From the NCBI GenBank assembly GCA_002269645.1, contig NIVC01001343.1, forward strand, positions 124,001-188,000: a stretch of DNA of 64,000 nucleotides. The letters run 5' to 3'. The position numbers and the translations under genes were made by a program. How positions within the stretch are numbered: the first letter of the stretch is position 1; the number at the start of each line of letters is the position of its first letter. Source of the DNA: Macrostomum lignano. Taxonomy: Eukaryota. Under the pieces are notes generated by a model. That model did no database searches and was not told the origin of the DNA. It saw only the letters and a program-made list of their open reading frames with translations. This document shows positions 59,482 through 64,000 of this stretch, in pieces.

Positions 59482-61968
59482 TCACTTCACCCGCCAACTG
59501 CATGCGGGATTCACTCGTCGCACAACCGACACCACAGCGTTTGGTTTCAACCGGCGTTCGCAGAGGTTACCACCGACCTCGTACAGGCAGCTGCCATTGC
59601 TATCGCATCCGACTCGTCTAACAACTTCTTCGGCCGTCGTATTCGAAGCTATTAAAACTGATTTTACGATTTCCGACTCGTGTGCCGTTAAAATGACTCG
59701 CACCTGGATTATTGAACTGTTGCTTTGCTGAGCCGTTGGAGACAGGGGCGAGAGAGACGAGGATGTGGCTGAGAACGGAGAGGACGTTGGCGAAGGTTGC
59801 TGTTGCTGCTGGCAATGAAGATGCCCTTTATGCTGATGCTGACGGCCACCGGCGATGCGTCGTAGCAGCCTCACCGCCGCGTGCGGCTGACGCTGCTGGG
59901 CCGCCTCGGCCGGAATTGGCAACGAGGGCGGAGCTTGTCGACGAATCTGTTGCAGAGTGAAGTCTGGAACAATCCAGACGATGCTGCGATACTTGATGAG
60001 CATCTCGACGGCTGTGATGAGGTCCTGACTGTCGGTGAGCAGCTGTTCCGGCGAATGAGCTGGAACCAGACTGGGAGCAATCACCGTTGCCAGAGCTTGC
60101 AGAGTCATCTGATTCTGATCACGGTGAGAAACAACCTGTGTCGAGAATAATTTAAGGTATAACAAATAAATAAATCAAAATAAAAAATCAATCAAAAGTA
60201 CACTCAATGCTTGCTTACTTTAGCTAAAAGCTCCACCAACTCCCGTAGTACACTACTGAACTCGCTTGGCAGTAGTAATACAAACAAATTCAGACCAAAT
60301 AGTCGATCGGTTTCATCACATATCCGAGGTAGGCAGGTGAACCGTCCTGCGTCGCGAGATGAGACAGCCAGCGGACGCGGCAGTTCCCGCAGGCAGGCCT
60401 TCAACAAGGTGGATGCGTCGTGCGGATCAATGGCCGAAGCCGCGGCGGCAGCTTCAACAACTTCCGGTCGAGCTCGACGAAAAGCGCGGACTCGAGCGGC
60501 CGATCCGCAGACGCGAAACAGGCCGCGAGTTTTCAGCGCGTCCTCGCGGCTCAAGCGCTCCGTCAGCACTCGAACAAGTCGCAGAAGTCGGACGGTTTTA
60601 GCCTCGACTGTCCGACTAGATGGTTCCGACGAGTCCAGTTTGTCTTCGTCGGGCACTGAAAGCGTTTGGCTGCGCTGCTGCAAACGAAGGAACCGGCGCT
60701 GGTGCTTGGTAGTGACGGCGCTTCCGTTGGAGGTCGCTACAGATGCCTGGCAACAGCGGTGCTTGTCGAATAAAGCCGTCAACTCCAGGCGGGCCAGACC
60801 GCGGACTCTTCGTCTGTCCAACTCGGCCAGGTCTTCGATGTCCGTGTCGCCCAGGGGATTGTTGTCGGGCAGCACGAAGGTCGGATAGGCTCCCATTCCG
60901 TCATCGTTATTGTCCGGACTTTTGACGTCGTTGCACTGTCCTCCTAACGTCCAATCTGCGGACTTTGGCGCAGATGCGTTGATGCCGTTGCCATTTGTGT
61001 GGCCATTGTTGTTGCTGTCTTCGAAGACGCAGCTGCTGCAGCAGCGGGACGATGCAGCTGAGTTGTGCTGTGGGTTTCGTGTGGAATATTTTAATTAATT
61101 TAAAAAACTATCATACGAACTGAAGTTGTAACTTTTGCTTTAGAATAAAACTCGAATCAAAAGTTAAATCTGCAAAACGGAGACTTTCCACGAACGACGA
61201 AAACTATCGAAGATCCAAGATTTTTCTCTTCTTTTTGAGTGAAATTTGAGTTAGGTAAAAACAAGAAAAAATGTGAACGCTTCACCGCTGAAGGAGTTTA
61301 ATTGCATGAGTGTCCAGCGGAACTTACCATTGAGTCGACGGTTCCATCCGATCCATTGTTACTGTCGACACCATTGCTGTTCTGGTCACAGTCATTCAAC
61401 AAGAGCCTCGTTTCCGGCTGCTCCGGCTGCTGGAAGCTGAACATTCGTCTAACGTCCTGCCTAGGACAGTCGCGCGACGCGATAGCAGTTGCAACCCGTC
61501 GAGTCACCGAGTTTAGCTGTCGGCCACGAGTTGCCCGCCTCAACCAGGGCGGCTCCGCCTCCGATTGGCCGGCCAACTCGCAGGCGTCGCACCGTTGATT
61601 CGGTGCATCGTCGACGTTGACCCATTGACTGGCATCAACGGAGCGTCGCCACTGGCTGGTGTCCAACGTGGCCAACTCCCATTGGCTGACGTCGGCAGAT
61701 CGACGCCAATTGCAGCGAGGAGTGCCGACACCGCCGATGCCGTTGAGGCCGCCGTTCATTGCAGCAACCGGGCGCTGCCGAAGATGCGACATCTCGGAAT
61801 CACTTTGAGGTCGTCGAAACGACAGACCCTGCTGCTGCTGCTGTTGAATGTTGGCCACTTTGCAACTTTTCGATCTGAATTTAGTCGTTTGGGGATAAAA
61901 TTGGTGAACGTCCTCAGCGACACAGTCCCACAACCAGCACTGACAGCAACTCTGCTTATAACTGGCTC
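59482..61968 (-). CDS. ARHGAP18: RhoGAP of the ARHGAP18/28/40 (Drosophila conundrum) family; 5' exon(s) not located
   Basis: Phase-consistent exons 61968-61328, 61067-60219, 60135-59482. LARLELTALFD, GLFRVCG (Arg finger), HDASTLLKACLRELP, NQMTLQALATVIAPSL, MLIKYRSIVWIVP and the family-specific tail LYEVGGNLCERRL..VNPACSWRVK. The symbol is family-level only. Confidence 0.9.
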
Positions 61969-61984
61969 CTGAGCACAATACAAG

Positions 61985-62115
61985 CGCGCCAATACTGAAC
62001 TCAGGCACACGCTCACACACACGCTCACACAGGATGTACAGCGGCCCTGACTCTATATTCGTCCGGCATGTACACTCTCTTGTGCCTTGGGGTTCGGCCT
62101 TCGCGTGGCGTTTAC
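61985..62115 (-). mobile_element. Diverged internal fragment related to SINE family 1
   Basis: CAGGCACAC..CACACAGGATGTACAGCGGCCCTGAC..GGCATGTACACT..GTGCCTTGGGG matches the SINE body. Confidence 0.65.
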
Positions 62116-64000
62116 TACTGAAGCTGCTCTGCTGCTTCTGCATATATTTACCTGTTCAATCGATTGAATTGAAGTTGGTGACGCAAGCACGATCCAGCAA
62201 CACTGGTACGAAACAACATTTTTATATATTTATTTTTATGGATCCAAGCGACTGAATTGCTTGCATGATGCACATGTAAACTGGCAAAATAACAAAATGT
62301 GTACATCGATACTTACTGGGTAAGTCTGTTCTGAATCAGTGACAGTTCTAAGTCGCGCGTTGAGTCGTCCAATCTTTGCTTTTCAGTTGCAAACAAAAAA
62401 CACCTGTTGTCTATCTATACCAAACTAATTCGTTAATTCTAAGTAATTCGGTACCAAAAATTATTTCTAGGTTTAACTGCGTATGGTGAATGGTTCAGAG
62501 AGCAATTTAAATTTCGAACGGAGCTGGCGCTTGCACCAAAAGAATTAATGCGCAGAGTTAAGAAAACGCACACCAACGCAGATTTTGCTATTGGAATTCG
62601 CTGTTATTTTTGCTGTAGCTGGAACACTTCAGATACAAGTTGCGTCAACGCGGTTTGAAACTCGGGGGGTAGGGCGACTCAGGTTGAAGTTTTTATTACA
62701 TATGGGGCTGAAAGGCGAGGCTCTCAACGGTTGGGAAAGAGAATGGGGGAGGCAGGGGGAGAGAAGTCAAGTCTCAGGAGTTGTGCGCCTCTTGCTGGTG
62801 GAAATGCAAGTGCAAATAGCTAGGGCTTGACTGTCTCTCCCGACCCTTCAGCTTTGAGAATTTGCTGTCCCATTTCTGAGACCACGTGTGTGTGCATTGC
62901 TTTTCAATCATGCTACTAGTATAACGTTTAATCCTACTGTATAATATCGCACACACGCGCCTCCTCTCTCTCTCTCTCTCCGTCTCTCAAAGCTCTGGAT
63001 CAACGCGCCGCTCACTATAGACTATGGCTACTTTGCAAGGTCGGGACTGCCACCACTCGATCGTATCTAAAAGTTTTTTTTTCTATTTACTCGTAGCAGC
63101 TCTCTCTGCATGTAGCAATGCCCCACCGTCTATAGGTCCGACGTCACTTATAGCTCTTCAGCGGAAAAAAAAATTAGAATGCAACGAAAGGGAGCTGGAG
63201 ATAGGGCATGACTCTTCAGTTATATTTCATATATCGATTATATTTTTAGCCCCGTGTTACAAACTTCGCATACAGTCTTATAGCTGCTGTTGAATCTGAG
63301 ACAAAGTTGCCACCGGATCGTTAAGCTAGGAGTATAGGAGTCAAGGCTTGCTGTGACGTCAAGGAAATAGCAACCCCGCGCGGTCAGTTTGTCACTTGCC
63401 AGGTTCAAGTTGAAGTCTACATGAGACGGTTCAGAATTAATTAGATTTGATCCTTATAAGCCGCTTGTACTCTAGACAAAATTCAGGTCAATGCTTTCTA
63501 TAGTGCTTACTGAATTATAAACAAGTTTTGTCTTATCTGCAGTTCAAGCAATTAAAACAACCAATTATAATAAATAATTAGATAAGTGCTTTATGGTGTT
63601 TAGCAGTTTAAATTTCAAATTTTAGTTTGCTGTTTTGAATGTAATTATTTTTCAAGCTCTGTGCACACCGCAGGTATAGGAATTTAACGAAAATGAAAAT
63701 TAGCTATCCGAATAAAAATAAATGATTTAAAAAGAACCGGAATGAATATGGAGTTAGAAACAAACGAAAATAACCTTTTAAAACTACACTTTAATACTTG
63801 ATATGTACCACACTATTAGTTCAGTAGTAAGGCTGTAAAAAACTGTATAGAAAATCGAACGAATATTAATAAAACAAATATAGAAATAAGAAACGTTTGA
63901 AATTAGTCTTTTTGAAAAAAAATTGCCACGTTTTTTTTATCGGAAGCATTTGAATTGAAAAAAAACTTTTAAAATTAAAAGCAGTCGCTTTTGTTACTGC

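Noticed and set aside
57314-61972. Antisense ORFs overlapping the orphan and RhoGAP genes (e.g. 57747-58418, 60211-60888)
   Set aside because: Expected shadows of GC-rich coding exons; no independent motifs.

Overview
Repeat-rich eukaryotic (animal) genomic DNA: GT-AG introns, a TTAGGG-type repeat, tRNA-derived SINEs. Composition and content resemble a flatworm such as Macrostomum, but I cannot verify this. Most long ORFs in the track are artefacts of micro/minisatellites. Hand-assembled genes: a secreted C-type-lectin + Sushi/CCP protein (+, 5275 to >14757); a divergent intronless RPS24 copy; a small Ly6/uPAR GPI-type protein; a 12-exon ionotropic glutamate receptor-like gene; a 3-exon low-complexity protein of unknown function; an ARHGAP18/28/40 (conundrum)-family RhoGAP (-). 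Mobile DNA includes an intact-ORF mariner, RTE and other LINE fragments, hAT and MULE-like non-autonomous elements, and two SINE families. Two observations stand out. (1) A ~2.2-kb Crypton-type tyrosine-recombinase element whose ends can be read directly because it splits a SINE that still has its own 11-bp TSD. (2) An intronless stand-alone Regnase/N4BP1-type NYN(PIN) RNase ORF, bracketed by a mariner and a MULE-like insertion, whose in-frame ATG lies inside the mariner TIR. No prokaryotic features, CRISPR arrays, rRNA or bona fide tRNA genes were seen. All assignments come from manual motif recognition; no searches were run.
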